Origin: Escherichia coli
Lineage (GTDB): Bacteria > Pseudomonadota > Gammaproteobacteria > Enterobacterales > Enterobacteriaceae
Assembly (NCBI RefSeq): GCF_003334255.1
Contig: NZ_QOWU01000023.1
Direction: 5' to 3' (one strand)
DNA length: 64,000 nucleotides
The translations under genes and the position numbers were made by a program. The notes under the pieces are model-generated. The model saw only the letters and a program-made list of their open reading frames with translations. It did not search any database and was not told the DNA's origin. Positions 36,087 to 50,034 of the stretch are shown piece by piece; within the stretch, counting starts at the first letter, position 1, and the number at the start of each line of letters is the position of its first letter.

Positions 36087-36729
36087 TCAGGAACCGGCTA
36101 CTATCCTGCTGATTGACGATCACCCGATGCTGCGAACTGGCGTAAAACAGCTTATCAGTATGGCACCAGATATCACCGTGGTTGGCGAAGCGAGTAATGG
36201 CGAACAGGGTATTGAACTGGCGGAGTCTCTTGATCCCGATCTGATCCTGTTAGATCTCAATATGCCCGGCATGAACGGTCTGGAAACGCTGGATAAACTG
36301 CGCGAAAAGTCCCTCTCAGGGCGCATTGTGGTATTCAGCGTCTCTAACCATGAAGAAGATGTGGTCACCGCACTGAAACGCGGCGCGGATGGCTATCTGT
36401 TAAAAGATATGGAACCGGAAGATCTGCTGAAAGCATTGCATCAGGCAGCTGCTGGCGAAATGGTATTAAGCGAAGCATTAACGCCTGTTCTGGCCGCCAG
36501 CTTGCGCGCTAACCGTGCCACTACTGAGCGCGATGTTAACCAGTTAACCCCACGCGAGCGCGATATTCTCAAGCTGATTGCCCAGGGTTTGCCGAACAAG
36601 ATGATTGCCCGCCGCCTGGATATCACCGAAAGCACAGTAAAAGTGCACGTCAAGCACATGCTGAAGAAAATGAAGCTCAAGTCTCGCGTGGAAGCAGCGG
36701 TATGGGTGCATCAGGAGCGCATTTTCTGA
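36079..36729 (+). CDS. narL: Nitrate/nitrite response regulator NarL (216 aa)
   Basis: Starts [16 protein letters not shown]; ATG overlaps the narX stop by 8 nt; receiver plus LuxR-type HTH. Confidence 0.93.
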
Positions 36730-38124
36730 TTACGGTTCCCAGCGCAGTTCGTCGTTTGACAATGCATCGAACGGTTCGACAAGCGTTAGCGTGATCTCAT
36801 TGGAGGAGACACGCTGCCCCTGGTTATCTTCCACCACCACAGACAATCGCCAGTGATTGCTTGCCCCTTCCCCGTTCTGCCAGTCAGGCATGATCAGCGT
36901 CCAGCCCTCCGCGCTGTTGGCTTGTGCGCCCGGCGTCAAACTTAATATCTGCGTATCGCCCTGCCAAATCAGTTGCCGAATACCGTAACGACTGCGGATT
37001 TGTAATTTCAGCGGCACTGTTTCGCCAGGTTTTAGATCCCACGGCGGTGTCGCCAGAAACACCGTTAACGTTTTTCGCTGTCGGTACTCAAGAGTCGGTA
37101 GATTATTTCGCTGCGGATTGTCATAGCGACTACCACGTAACGACTGACTTTCGGCAACCTCGCCCGCAGAAAGTTGTTTTTTGAGCGGTACACCAAAGCG
37201 GTAATTAAGATTCAGCCCGAGGTTATTTTGATTTTCGCCACTTTCACCCTGTTTATGCTGGGCCGTCACAGTGACTAATGGCACAGGGGTGTAATTTAAT
37301 CCCAGACTCAACGCGACGGGATTGTGATAACCCGTACCAGAGTTAAACAAATCAACACGATCACCAAAATACTGTTCTAGGCTGACACTGGTATTGAGGT
37401 GTTGATAGAACGGCATGCGCATCCGAGCTGTCAGGTCGTACCCGCGCGCCATCCGTTGTTCCTGCGTGGCTGTCTGTTCATGCCATGCAGCAAACGGCTG
37501 ATAAAAGTTTGCCGATAATCGCAAATATTCGCCCCACGCTTCGGCACCAAAGCCCGCTCGCTGAAGATTTTCGTCCAGCAAGTTGTCATAAAAAGTGTTA
37601 TAACCCACCAGCCAGTTGCCGCGCGCCCAGCGTTGCCCAACGCCCACATTGCTCACCAACCCATTATCCTGCTGAGTAAGACCAAGCTGGCTCCAGGTGA
37701 GATAACGATCATTATCTTGTAACGGCACAAACCAGCTTCCACGACTGCCGGTGAAATGTCCTTCGTTATCCACTTTGACGTCAACACTGGCATTTCCCCA
37801 CGGTGATAGCCAGGACTCTACGTGCTGATTAACCTGTTGACTAAGCGCGTCGCGGACTTTTCCCAATGCGAAAGCTTTTGCCTGCTCGCCAGTATCCAGC
37901 CCGTTATCATTCATACTGGTTTCGCCGAAATCTTTCACAATTTCAGCAAAGTGTTTTTCCCCATCATGATTTTCGGGAGCCATGCCTAAATCCGGCAGAC
38001 CATCATTGTTATTATCAAAGGGATTTGCCGCTTTTTGCTCGAAGGTAGATTGTGCGTTAGCTGTACCGCCTGCTACAAGCAAGAGTAAATAAAACGGGAT
38101 AATGCGAGGAACGAAACGGCTCAA
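36730..38124 (-). CDS. ychO: Invasin/intimin-like outer membrane protein YchO
   Basis: 464 aa with signal peptide; convergent with narL and abutting its stop. Confidence 0.8.
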   Translation of the reverse strand: MSRFVPRIIPFYLLLLVAGGTANAQSTFEQKAANPFDNNNDGLPDLGMAPENHDGEKHFAEIVKDFGETSMNDNGLDTGEQAKAFALGKVRDALSQQVNQHVESWLSPWGNASVDVKVDNEGHFTGSRGSWFVPLQDNDRYLTWSQLGLTQQDNGLVSNVGVGQRWARGNWLVGYNTFYDNLLDENLQRAGFGAEAWGEYLRLSANFYQPFAAWHEQTATQEQRMARGYDLTARMRMPFYQHLNTSVSLEQYFGDRVDLFNSGTGYHNPVALSLGLNYTPVPLVTVTAQHKQGESGENQNNLGLNLNYRFGVPLKKQLSAGEVAESQSLRGSRYDNPQRNNLPTLEYRQRKTLTVFLATPPWDLKPGETVPLKLQIRSRYGIRQLIWQGDTQILSLTPGAQANSAEGWTLIMPDWQNGEGASNHWRLSVVVEDNQGQRVSSNEITLTLVEPFDALSNDELRWEP

Positions 38125-38146
38125 AACGTCGGTAACTTCCGGTAAT

Positions 38147-38186
<40 letters not shown>

Positions 38187-38187
38187 A

Positions 38188-38291
<104 letters not shown>

Positions 38292-38308
38292 GAATACAGG
38301 AGTAAATA

Positions 38309-38662
38309 ATGCAAAAAATCGTGATCGTTGCCAATGGCGCACCTTACGGGAGCGAATCCTTGTTTAACAGCTTGCGGCTGGCCATTGCGTTACGAGAGCA
38401 GGAGAGCAATCTGGATCTGCGTCTGTTCCTCATGTCTGATGCGGTCACAGCCGGGTTGCGCGGGCAAAAACCAGGGGAAGGCTACAACATTCAGCAAATG
38501 CTGGAGATCCTTACCGCTCAGAATGTACCGGTGAAATTGTGCAAAACCTGTACCGACGGGCGCGGGATTAGTACACTTCCTCTGATTGATGGGGTGGAAA
38601 TCGGTACTCTTGTGGAACTGGCGCAATGGACGCTGTCAGCCGATAAAGTGCTCACATTTTAA
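38309..38662 (+). CDS. ychN: DsrE/DsrF-like protein YchN
   Basis: 117 aa; conserved position beside chaC. Confidence 0.8.
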   Translation: MQKIVIVANGAPYGSESLFNSLRLAIALREQESNLDLRLFLMSDAVTAGLRGQKPGEGYNIQQMLEILTAQNVPVKLCKTCTDGRGISTLPLIDGVEIGTLVELAQWTLSADKVLTF

Positions 38663-38669
38663 TGTTTGA

Positions 38670-38688
38670 GGGGGCGTCTGACGCCCCA
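38670..38688. terminator. GC hairpin between convergent ychN and chaC
   Basis: gggggcgt-ctg-acgcccc inverted repeat; no clear T-run. Confidence 0.4.
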
Positions 38689-38705
38689 CTATGCGGGAAG
38701 TTTAC

Positions 38706-39401
38706 TCAGGCGAATCCCGGACGTAACACACCATCCGGAAAATTCTCCGCCAGCAGTTTTTTTACCGATACCAGCAAATCATTCAGCCCATCGTCCTGCA
38801 TTCCCAGTTTGATAAGCTCCTGTTCCAGTGAAAACAGGTATTGTGCGTTGGTTCCCAGCGGACCGCTCGCCGCCGCAATCAACGGCGCGATGACCTGAGC
38901 GCGAGTATCAGATTCATATTCTGGATGTCGCGGGTCCATAATAAACACAATGGCGTTTACTGTGCGTCCATCATCAAGATCAAGCTGACACCAGGTTGGC
39001 AGATAACAGCCGGTAATCATCTCTCGCTTCCACAACAGGGTTAGTTCCTGCTCCAGCGTCTCTTCTGGCAGTCGATAGGCGACGCCTGTGGTGCGTCCGC
39101 CCTCTTTCAGTGCAAGCATCCGTCCCGGCTGGTGCGCAGTCCCGCGCCCGGCGGTCAGGCGCAGGCAAAATGCGCGATGCCATCCAACCAGTGTACCGGT
39201 GCACGATTCGGTAAACTCCAGTGCCGGATTCCACATCAACGATCCATAGCCGAAGATCCACACCGGTCCCTCATCAGGTCGACAAGCCAGCGTCGCCGCC
39301 AGCGAAGCCGCCCGTTGTTCTGCTGACCATAAGAGTGATTCTTCAATGGCACCAAATGCCGTTTTACAATCGGCATTCATCAAGAAATCACGCGTTATCA
39401 C
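38706..39401 (-). CDS. chaC: Glutathione-specific gamma-glutamylcyclotransferase ChaC (231 aa), GTG start
   Basis: Starts (V)ITRDFLMNADCKTAFG; conserved YGSL motif. Confidence 0.85.
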   Translation of the reverse strand: MITRDFLMNADCKTAFGAIEESLLWSAEQRAASLAATLACRPDEGPVWIFGYGSLMWNPALEFTESCTGTLVGWHRAFCLRLTAGRGTAHQPGRMLALKEGGRTTGVAYRLPEETLEQELTLLWKREMITGCYLPTWCQLDLDDGRTVNAIVFIMDPRHPEYESDTRAQVIAPLIAAASGPLGTNAQYLFSLEQELIKLGMQDDGLNDLLVSVKKLLAENFPDGVLRPGFA

Positions 39402-39558
39402 CTTACACCTCCGCCACTGCATACTTCCCTGCGACAACTTTTTGGTGTCTTCCGGACATTTTTACTGCTCATTTTGAAACCACTAACGGGACAATATGCA
39501 ATCCACGGACCACTTGCAAGGCAACACCGCACGAATAGCTTTAACTAAGCGACCGGTT

Positions 39559-39789
39559 TTACGATTTTTTATGCCATTTATCATCATCCCCTTTGGCATA
39601 TTCATGCTTCACAGCAGCCCAGGCCACTTTATGCGCGGTTTCTTCGCGACTGGCGTCATCACGCCGATCTTCTTTATCTTTATATTGATCCCATGCGCTG
39701 TTGAACGCTTCTTTATAGATATCCTGGGCATGAGACGGTAGAACGTGCTTTACGCTTTCCGGCAGATCGCTTTTCGTTTTATACGGCAT
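39559..39789 (-). CDS. chaB: Cation transport regulator ChaB
   Basis: 76 aa; MPYKTKSDLPESVKH. Confidence 0.88.
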   Translation of the reverse strand: MPYKTKSDLPESVKHVLPSHAQDIYKEAFNSAWDQYKDKEDRRDDASREETAHKVAWAAVKHEYAKGDDDKWHKKS

Positions 39790-40058
39790 CGTTGACTCCT
39801 TTTACAAAGTTGAACATTAAGTGTGGTCAACAATATCTACTCTTGCCAAAACATAAGAATTTTCAGGTCAGACTCTTCTTAAGAAACGCTAAAACAAACA
39901 TTGTCTAAACGTAATACTTATTTTTATGCCCCAATGAGTAAAAAATCGACAGCGGGGTAAAAATTCGTAAAATGTTACCGATATCCAGACACTTTCTGTT
40001 ATTTTTCCTACCTATTTTTTACATTTTCGATAAATTCATCTGCAAAGGGATAACCATA

Positions 40059-41159
40059 ATGTCAAATGCTCAAGAGGCGGTAAAAACCCGCCACAAGGAG
40101 ACTTCGCTTATTTTCCCGGTTCTGGCGCTGGTAGTGCTGTTCCTGTGGGGAAGCAGCCAGACACTACCAGTGGTCATTGCCATCAATCTTCTTGCGCTTA
40201 TTGGTATTTTAAGTAGCGCCTTTAGTGTTGTCCGTCATGCGGACGTATTAGCCCATCGCCTGGGAGAACCTTACGGTTCGCTTATTCTTAGCCTTTCAGT
40301 GGTTATTCTTGAAGTCAGTTTGATTTCAGCTTTAATGGCAACCGGCGACGCCGCGCCAACGCTAATGCGTGATACGCTCTATTCAATCATTATGATTGTT
40401 ACCGGTGGGCTGGTTGGCTTTTCATTATTGTTGGGCGGTCGTAAGTTTGCCACCCAATATATGAATCTGTTTGGTATCAAGCAGTATTTAATTGCGCTGT
40501 TCCCCCTGGCGATAATCGTACTGGTATTTCCAATGGCTCTGCCTGCGGCGAATTTTTCAACCGGTCAGGCGTTACTGGTAGCATTAATTTCTGCGGCAAT
40601 GTATGGCGTATTTTTGCTGATCCAGACCAAAACGCATCAAAGTTTGTTTGTCTACGAGCACGAAGATGACAGTGATGATGACGACCCGCATCACGGTAAA
40701 CCGTCTGCCCATAGCAGCCTGTGGCATGCTATCTGGTTGATTATCCATCTGATTGCCGTTATTGCGGTGACCAAAATGAACGCCAGCTCGCTGGAGACAT
40801 TGCTCGACAGCATGAATGCCCCTGTCGCCTTTACTGGCTTCCTGGTGGCACTGTTGATTCTGTCGCCGGAAGGTTTAGGTGCATTAAAAGCAGTGTTGAA
40901 CAACCAGGTTCAGCGCGCGATGAATCTGTTCTTTGGTTCAGTGTTAGCAACCATTTCGCTTACCGTACCTGTCGTCACGCTAATTGCCTTTATGACGGGT
41001 AACGAATTGCAGTTTGCACTTGGTGCGCCAGAAATGGTGGTGATGGTGGCCTCTTTAGTGCTGTGCCATATCTCCTTCTCCACCGGACGTACTAACGTGC
41101 TCAATGGCGCAGCGCATCTGGCACTGTTTGCCGCCTATTTGATGACGATATTTGCCTGA
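40059..41159 (+). CDS. chaA: Ca2+(Na+)/H+ antiporter ChaA (366 aa)
   Basis: Starts MSNAQEAVKTRH; polytopic membrane protein with acidic loop EDDSDDDD. Confidence 0.9.
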   Translation: MSNAQEAVKTRHKETSLIFPVLALVVLFLWGSSQTLPVVIAINLLALIGILSSAFSVVRHADVLAHRLGEPYGSLILSLSVVILEVSLISALMATGDAAPTLMRDTLYSIIMIVTGGLVGFSLLLGGRKFATQYMNLFGIKQYLIALFPLAIIVLVFPMALPAANFSTGQALLVALISAAMYGVFLLIQTKTHQSLFVYEHEDDSDDDDPHHGKPSAHSSLWHAIWLIIHLIAVIAVTKMNASSLETLLDSMNAPVAFTGFLVALLILSPEGLGALKAVLNNQVQRAMNLFFGSVLATISLTVPVVTLIAFMTGNELQFALGAPEMVVMVASLVLCHISFSTGRTNVLNGAAHLALFAAYLMTIFA

Positions 41160-41446
41160 CAGTTATATCTCCTCCGATGACGGTAATCGGGGGAGATAAT
41201 ATAAATTCCTGCTTATTGTATTTCTTCATACTACCTGGACAGGTCGTTAATCAGAATTGCGAGCCTGTACCACACCCTGCACGAAACCACTGCAACAGCT
41301 GTTGAAAAGCCGGAATGTACTCTTCATTGCAAACATTTCAGGGATGAAGTGAAGATGAATTGCGACGTAGTATCCACACCAAGCCGGCGTTATCCGGTGA
41401 GGCGCAATGTTGCGGGGCTTTATCCCTGGTGGCATTGGTTGCTGGA

Positions 41447-41513
41447 AAGAGAAAACCCCCGCACGTTGAGAGGTAAAACCTGACAACAAAACGGGGGCTA
41501 ATCTTGAAACCAG
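41447..41513 (-). ncRNA. rdl: Rdl antisense RNA of the ldr type I toxin-antitoxin unit
   Basis: Minus-strand sequence gtctggtttcaagattagcccccg...cgtgcgggggttttctc ends in a GC hairpin plus U-run; complementary to the ldr 5' leader. Confidence 0.55.
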
Positions 41514-41562
41514 ACACTTCAAGAATAGCCGCAAAATGTTGTCATTACAACAAGGCGGCTAT

Positions 41563-41670
41563 ATGACGCTCGCGCAGTTTGCCATGATTTTCTGGCACGA
41601 CCTGGCAGCACCGATCCTGGCGGGAATTATTACCGCAGCGATTGTCAGCTGGTGGCGTAACCGGAAGTAA
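41563..41670 (+). CDS. ldr: Ldr toxin peptide (35 aa), type I toxin
   Basis: Translates to MTLAQFAMIFWHDLAAPILAGIITAAIVSWWRNRK; absent from the ORF track because it is short. Confidence 0.8.
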   Translation: MTLAQFAMIFWHDLAAPILAGIITAAIVSWWRNRK

Positions 41671-41718
41671 GGTGAAAACGGGCGTCAGGCTGCCGTGATG
41701 GCAATATGCGCCCGAAAC

Positions 41719-41752
41719 CGGCCGCAGGGGTAACAGCCTGCGGCCTTTTTTG
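41719..41752 (+). terminator. Rho-independent terminator after ldr
   Basis: ggccgcagg-ggtaaca-cctgcggcc hairpin followed by TTTTTT. Confidence 0.7.
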
Positions 41753-41818
41753 TATCCGGCACCCATGAAAAAAGTCTTAACGCAGAACGCTAATACTTTA
41801 TTTTTCAAGCAAAAAAGA

Positions 41819-42682
<864 letters not shown>

Positions 42683-42708
42683 TTAATCTTGAGTAAAATG
42701 TCGATTAA

Positions 42709-43518
42709 TTAATGCAGCACAATATGTTTATGCGCGATGTTATTTATTTGCGCACGGATCATTTCGCTGATCGGGTCTTCCGGACACTGTTCAACGAAAT
42801 AACTTAAATCGTTCAACGCAACGTGTTCGCAATCCAGTTGCGCATAAATCAACCCGCGATCGCGAATTTCATAGGGATCTTCAGGGTTGAATTGTAATAA
42901 AGCTTCGCTGGTGCGTAACGCCAGCTCCATCTGATTTTCTTCCATCAACGAGGCTTTGAGTGTATCCAGCAATTTGCGGATTACCTCAATGTTATCAGCT
43001 TCATCAAGGTCTTCATAAAACAGTTCCGCCGACGGGCTGATATTTCCCTTTAACCATACGTCCAGCATATGTTCGCTTAACGATTCACCGTTAAAAGGAT
43101 TAATCAGCCAAATTTCGCCATCCGGACATTCAATGCGCAATATCAGCTGCGTAGGGAAAATCACCGGCAGCAGCGGCAAATCGAGACGATTCGCGACCCA
43201 TAATAAAACCGCACCTAATGATACCGCACTGCCCTGTCGATTCTTTAACACCTGGTCCAGCCATAATGCATCGGAAAGACGATAAACACCGCGTGAGGCT
43301 TTAAATCCCCAGTCGCCGTAAAACAGCGCGATCAGTTTTTCCAACTGCTCTTCTAAAGGCAGAAGCTGGCTGATTTCTTCCTTCGCCAGACTAACGAGAC
43401 GCTCCAGTTCGTCGTAAACATCTTGCGAGGGAAAATCGCGGCGGATTGCTTCGCAAGCCAGGATCATGCCTTCGCACAATGGCGCTTTATTAAATTCGAA
43501 ATCAGCTAACGATCTCAT
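42709..43518 (-). CDS. sirB1: SirB1 family protein (YchA)
   Basis: 269 aa; position between kdsA and sirB2. Confidence 0.85.
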   Translation of the reverse strand: MRSLADFEFNKAPLCEGMILACEAIRRDFPSQDVYDELERLVSLAKEEISQLLPLEEQLEKLIALFYGDWGFKASRGVYRLSDALWLDQVLKNRQGSAVSLGAVLLWVANRLDLPLLPVIFPTQLILRIECPDGEIWLINPFNGESLSEHMLDVWLKGNISPSAELFYEDLDEADNIEVIRKLLDTLKASLMEENQMELALRTSEALLQFNPEDPYEIRDRGLIYAQLDCEHVALNDLSYFVEQCPEDPISEMIRAQINNIAHKHIVLH

Positions 43519-43521
43519 GAC

Positions 43522-43914
43522 TTACCCCAGTAACGGTACTTTTGTGGTGGCGAGTTTAATGATGATGTACAGCACCACCAACGCCAGCGGGAAGGCAATA
43601 ATGCGCGCCTGCTGACTGTGCATACGACGATAATCGAGTGCAATAAAACCCAAAACGATATAAATGATAACTCCAAACAGCTTTTCAGTCAGCCACTGTG
43701 CCTGCCCGGAAAATGGCAGGATGTGCGCTTTAGCCATCAACGCAATGCCGCTTAACAGTAACAGCGTATCGACAACCGGCGGCACAATGCGCGTCCAGCG
43801 AGCAAATGCCTGTGGATGCTTCTGATAACGTAGCCAGAAACGTAAGGTTAATAGCCCAACAGAAAGCGCGATACTAATAAGATGAACACTAAGCAGTGTA
43901 GAAAAACTTGTCAT
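43522..43914 (-). CDS. sirB2: SirB2 family membrane protein (YchQ)
   Basis: 130 aa hydrophobic protein. Confidence 0.85.
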   Translation of the reverse strand: MTSFSTLLSVHLISIALSVGLLTLRFWLRYQKHPQAFARWTRIVPPVVDTLLLLSGIALMAKAHILPFSGQAQWLTEKLFGVIIYIVLGFIALDYRRMHSQQARIIAFPLALVVLYIIIKLATTKVPLLG

Positions 43915-44744
43915 TGATAATAGCGGCCGAGCGTTACGCGCTCGTTATCACCATAGTCACGGCAGGTTTCGACGTCATGATACCCCGCGAGGATAAATGC
44001 TTGTCGCACCGCTTCGCCCTGCTGCCAGCCATGTTCCAGAAGCAGAAAGCCGCCGGATACCAGCGCGTTACGCGACTGTTCGATGATATGCACGATGTCT
44101 GCCATTCCACTGTCTGCCGCAACCAGCGCAGTGAGCGGCTCAAAGCGGACATCGCCTTGTTGAAGATGAGGGTCCTGCTCGTCAATATACGGCGGATTGC
44201 TGACAATCATCGCAAACTGCTGCCCGGCTAGCGCGCTAAACCAGTCGCTTTGCAGAATGTGGATATTTTTGATCGCCAGATGCTGGGCATTACGTTGTGC
44301 CAGGGAGACAGCATCAGGCATACGATCTACAGCGATAATTTCGCAGTCCGGGCGCTCGCTAGCCAGCGCAAGCGCAATCGCCCCGGTACCCGTCCCGAGA
44401 TCGAGAATACGGCAAGGTTGTTCAGGCAACCGCGCCAGTGCCTGCTCCACCAGACACTCCGTATCCGGGCGCGGAATTAAGGTCGCTGGCGAAACAAATA
44501 ACGGCAACGACCAGAATTCTCGCACCCCGGTTAAATGAGCAATGGGTTCACCATCGCGACGACGTGTCAGTAGCGCATCAAGTTGCTGACATTGTTCGTC
44601 AGTCAGCTGCGTTTCACCAAAGGCGAGAATAAAAGTACGCCCTCTGCCGGTAACATGCTCCAGCAGGATTTCAGCATCACGCCGCGGGCTTTCGCTCGCC
44701 TGAAGTTGGCTTATTGCTTCACGTAACCAGTGTTGATATTCCAT
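43911..44744 (-). CDS. prmC: Release factor glutamine methyltransferase PrmC (HemK)
   Basis: 277 aa; NPPY motif (SNPPYIDEQD), SAM-binding LDLGTGTGAIA. Confidence 0.92.
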   Translation of the reverse strand: MEYQHWLREAISQLQASESPRRDAEILLEHVTGRGRTFILAFGETQLTDEQCQQLDALLTRRRDGEPIAHLTGVREFWSLPLFVSPATLIPRPDTECLVEQALARLPEQPCRILDLGTGTGAIALALASERPDCEIIAVDRMPDAVSLAQRNAQHLAIKNIHILQSDWFSALAGQQFAMIVSNPPYIDEQDPHLQQGDVRFEPLTALVAADSGMADIVHIIEQSRNALVSGGFLLLEHGWQQGEAVRQAFILAGYHDVETCRDYGDNERVTLGRYYQ

Positions 44745-45826
44745 TATTCCTGCTCGGACAACGCCGCCAGTTGGTCGGCCTGATGTTCCTGGATAATCGG
44801 TTCAATCAGCATATCCAGCTTACCTTCCATCACTTCATCCAGGCGGTAGAGCGTCAGGTTGATGCGGTGATCGGTAACGCGCCCCTGCGGGAAGTTGTAA
44901 GTACGGTTACGGTCGCTGCGATCGCCACTCCCCAGCAGGTTACGACGGGTAGACGCTTCGGCCTGTTGGCGTTTTGCCATTTCAGCAGCGTGGATGCGAG
45001 CACCGAGAACAGAAAGTGCTTTAGCTTTGTTTTTATGTTGTGAACGTTCGTCCTGACATTCAACAACAATCCCGGTCGGCAAGTGAGTAATACGAATTGC
45101 CGAATCGGTGGTGTTAACGTGCTGACCACCCGCCCCTGACGAGCGGAAAGTATCAATGCGTAAATCTGCTGGGTTGATGTCCGGCAGTTCTGCGTCAGGC
45201 AGTTCTGGCATTACCGCAACGGTACAAGCAGAAGTATGAATACGACCCTGCGATTCCGTAGCAGGAACACGTTGCACGCGATGACCGCCGGATTCAAATT
45301 TCAGACGACCATACACACCATCACCGCTAATTTTGGCGATGATCTCTTTATAACCACCATGTTCACCCTCGCTGGCGCTCATGATTTCTACCCGCCAGCG
45401 GCGGGCTTCGGCATAACGGCTGTACATACGGAACAGATCGCCCGCGAACAGCGCCGCTTCGTCGCCGCCGGTTCCGGCTCGGACTTCGAGGAAGGCGTTA
45501 CGTTCGTCATCAGGATCTTTTGGCAGTAACAGAACCTGTAATTGCTGTTCCAGTTGCTCGCTTTTTTCTTTAGCTTCGCGCAGTTCATCCTGCGCCATCT
45601 CACGCATTTCAGGATCATCGAGCATCATCTGTGCGGTTTCGATATCTTCCTGAACCTGTTGCCAGTCGGTAAAACAGCGCGAAACATCACTTAACTGCGC
45701 ATATTCGCGTGATAATGCGCGAAAACGTTCCTGGTCGGCGATAGTTTGCGCGTCACCCAGCAACGCCTGAACTTCTTCATGGCGTTCATGCAGGGCTTCC
45801 AGTTTGGCAACGATAGAAGGCTTCAT
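44744..45826 (-). CDS. prfA: Peptide chain release factor 1
   Basis: 360 aa; GGQ motif ([11 protein letters not shown]). Confidence 0.95.
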
Positions 45827-45867
45827 AGGCGTAAATGCACCCTGTAAAAAAAGAAAATGATGTACTG

Positions 45868-47124
45868 CTACTCCAGCCCGAGGCTGTCGCGCAGAATATT
45901 CAGGCGTTCGTTATCCCCGTCACGGGCGGCCTGTTGAAGTGATTTCGTTGGCGCATGGATCAAGCGGTTAGTCAGTTTCCATGCCAGATCCTGCATAATG
46001 GCTTGCGCGTCGCCGCCCTGCTCAAGGGCCGCTAACGCTTTGGCGGTTAACTCATCGCGAACTTGCTCTGCCTGGCTGCGATACTCGCGAATGGTTTCGC
46101 TGGCGCTTTGTGCTCGCAGCCACGCCATAAATTCGCTGGTTTCCTGAGCGACAATAGTTTCCGCCTCAACCGCTGCGGCTTTACGCTGCGCCAGGTTGTG
46201 CGAAATGATGCTTTGCAGATCATCAACGCTATAAAGATAAGCATTCGCCAGTTTGCCAACTTCCGGCTCAACATCGCGCGGAACGGCAATATCCACCAAC
46301 AGCATTGGTTGGTTGCGACGGCTTTTTAATGCGCGCTCCACCATGCCTTTCCCGATAATCGGTAACGGGCTGGCGGTGGAACTGATGATGATATCGGCTT
46401 CGCGCAGACGTTCGTCGATATCACTCAGGGCAATCACTTCCGCGCCGACTTCATCTGCCAGAATTTGGGCACGTTCGCGAGTGCGGTTGGCGATAATCAT
46501 CTTCTGTACTTTGTGTTCGCGCAGATGACGCGCCACCAGCTCGATAGTTTCGCCCGCGCCTACCAGCAACACTGTGACCGTAGAGAGCGATTCAAAGATC
46601 TGCCGCGCCAGCGTACAAGCCGCAAAAGCGACAGACACAGCGCTGGCACCGATATCTGTTTCAGTGCGAACGCGTTTCGCGACAGAGAAAGATTTCTGGA
46701 ACATGCGTTCCAGTTCGCTGGCCTTCATATGACCTTTTTGCGAATCGGCAAACGCTTTTTTAACCTGACCGAGGATCTGCGGCTCCCCCAGAACCAGTGA
46801 ATCCAGGCCGCTGGCAACACGCATTAAATGGCTAACCGCGTCGTTATCCTGATGCCAGTAGAGGCTTTTACGCAGATCTTCTTCATTAAGATTGTGATAA
46901 TCGCAAAGCCAGCGGATTAACGCCTCTTGCAGGTTGTCCTGCTCTTCAACGCTAAGATAAAGTTCCGTGCGGTTGCACGTCGACAGCACCACGCCGCCCT
47001 GCACCATCGGCTGCGCAAGCAGGCTGTCAAGCGCCTGATCGAGCTTATCCGGCGAAAACGATACACGTTCTCGCAGCGATACAGGTGCCGTTTTATGGTT
47101 GATACCGAGTGCTAAAAGGGTCAT
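45868..47124 (-). CDS. hemA: Glutamyl-tRNA reductase (418 aa)
   Basis: Starts [19 protein letters not shown]; the track ORF is extended 66 codons upstream. Confidence 0.93.
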
Positions 47125-47268
47125 GTCTGCGGGAAATAATACCAACGTTGATAGGGTTAGTCTGCTTGCATCATACAGGATGCGTAAGATCAATAAAAGA
47201 GAGCGCCCCCTTTTGGAGTAATTGCCGAAAGCCGTTAGATTCTGGCAATTAAGACAACTTGAACATAG

Positions 47269-47960
<692 letters not shown>

Positions 47961-47961
<1 letters not shown>

Positions 47962-48812
47962 TGCGGACACAGTGGCCCTCTCCGGCAAAACTTAATCTGT
48001 TTTTATACATTACCGGTCAGCGTGCGGATGGTTACCACACGCTGCAAACGCTGTTTCAGTTTCTTGATTACGGCGACACCATCAGCATTGAGCTTCGTGA
48101 CGATGGGGATATTCGTCTGTTAACGCCCGTTGAAGGCGTGGAACATGAAGATAACCTGATCGTTCGCGCAGCGCGATTGTTGATGAAAACTGCGGCAGAC
48201 AGCGGGCGTCTTCCGACGGGAAGCGGTGCGAATATCAGCATTGACAAGCGTTTGCCGATGGGCGGCGGTCTCGGCGGTGGTTCATCCAATGCCGCGACGG
48301 TCCTGGTGGCATTAAATCATCTCTGGCAATGCGGGCTAAGCATGGATGAGCTGGCGGAAATGGGGCTGACGCTGGGCGCAGATGTTCCTGTCTTTGTTCG
48401 GGGGCATGCCGCGTTTGCCGAAGGCGTTGGTGAAATACTAACGCCGGTGGATCCGCCAGAGAAGTGGTATCTGGTGGCGCACCCTGGTGTAAGTATTCCG
48501 ACTCCGGTGATTTTTAAAGATCCTGAACTCCCGCGCAATACGCCAAAAAGGTCAATAGAAACGTTGCTAAAATGTGAATTCAGCAATGATTGCGAGGTTA
48601 TCGCAAGAAAACGTTTTCGCGAGGTTGATGCGGTGCTTTCCTGGCTGTTAGAATACGCCCCGTCGCGCCTGACTGGGACAGGGGCCTGTGTCTTTGCTGA
48701 ATTTGATACAGAGTCTGAAGCCCGCCAGGTGCTAGAGCAAGCCCCGGAATGGCTCAATGGCTTTGTGGCGAAAGGCGCTAATCTTTCCCCATTGCACAGA
48801 GCCATGCTTTAA
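47961..48812 (+). CDS. ispE: 4-diphosphocytidyl-2-C-methyl-D-erythritol kinase
   Basis: 283 aa GHMP kinase ([14 protein letters not shown]); start overlaps the lolB stop. Confidence 0.93.
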
Positions 48813-48836
48813 GCCGGGCAAGCTGAGTTTCGGTGA

Positions 48837-49910
<1,074 letters not shown>

Positions 49911-49925
49911 TCGAACCCGGCTCAA

Positions 49926-49950
49926 AGACCCGCTGCGGCGGGTTTTTTTG
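49926..49950 (+). terminator. prs rho-independent terminator
   Basis: acccgc-tgcg-gcgggt hairpin followed by TTTTTTT. Confidence 0.8.
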
Positions 49951-50034
49951 TCTGTAATATCCATTTGTATGACCTATGCCTCCTTCACCTGCCATTTAGT
50001 TGACAGATGATGCGCTCACGGATGAAACATTATT

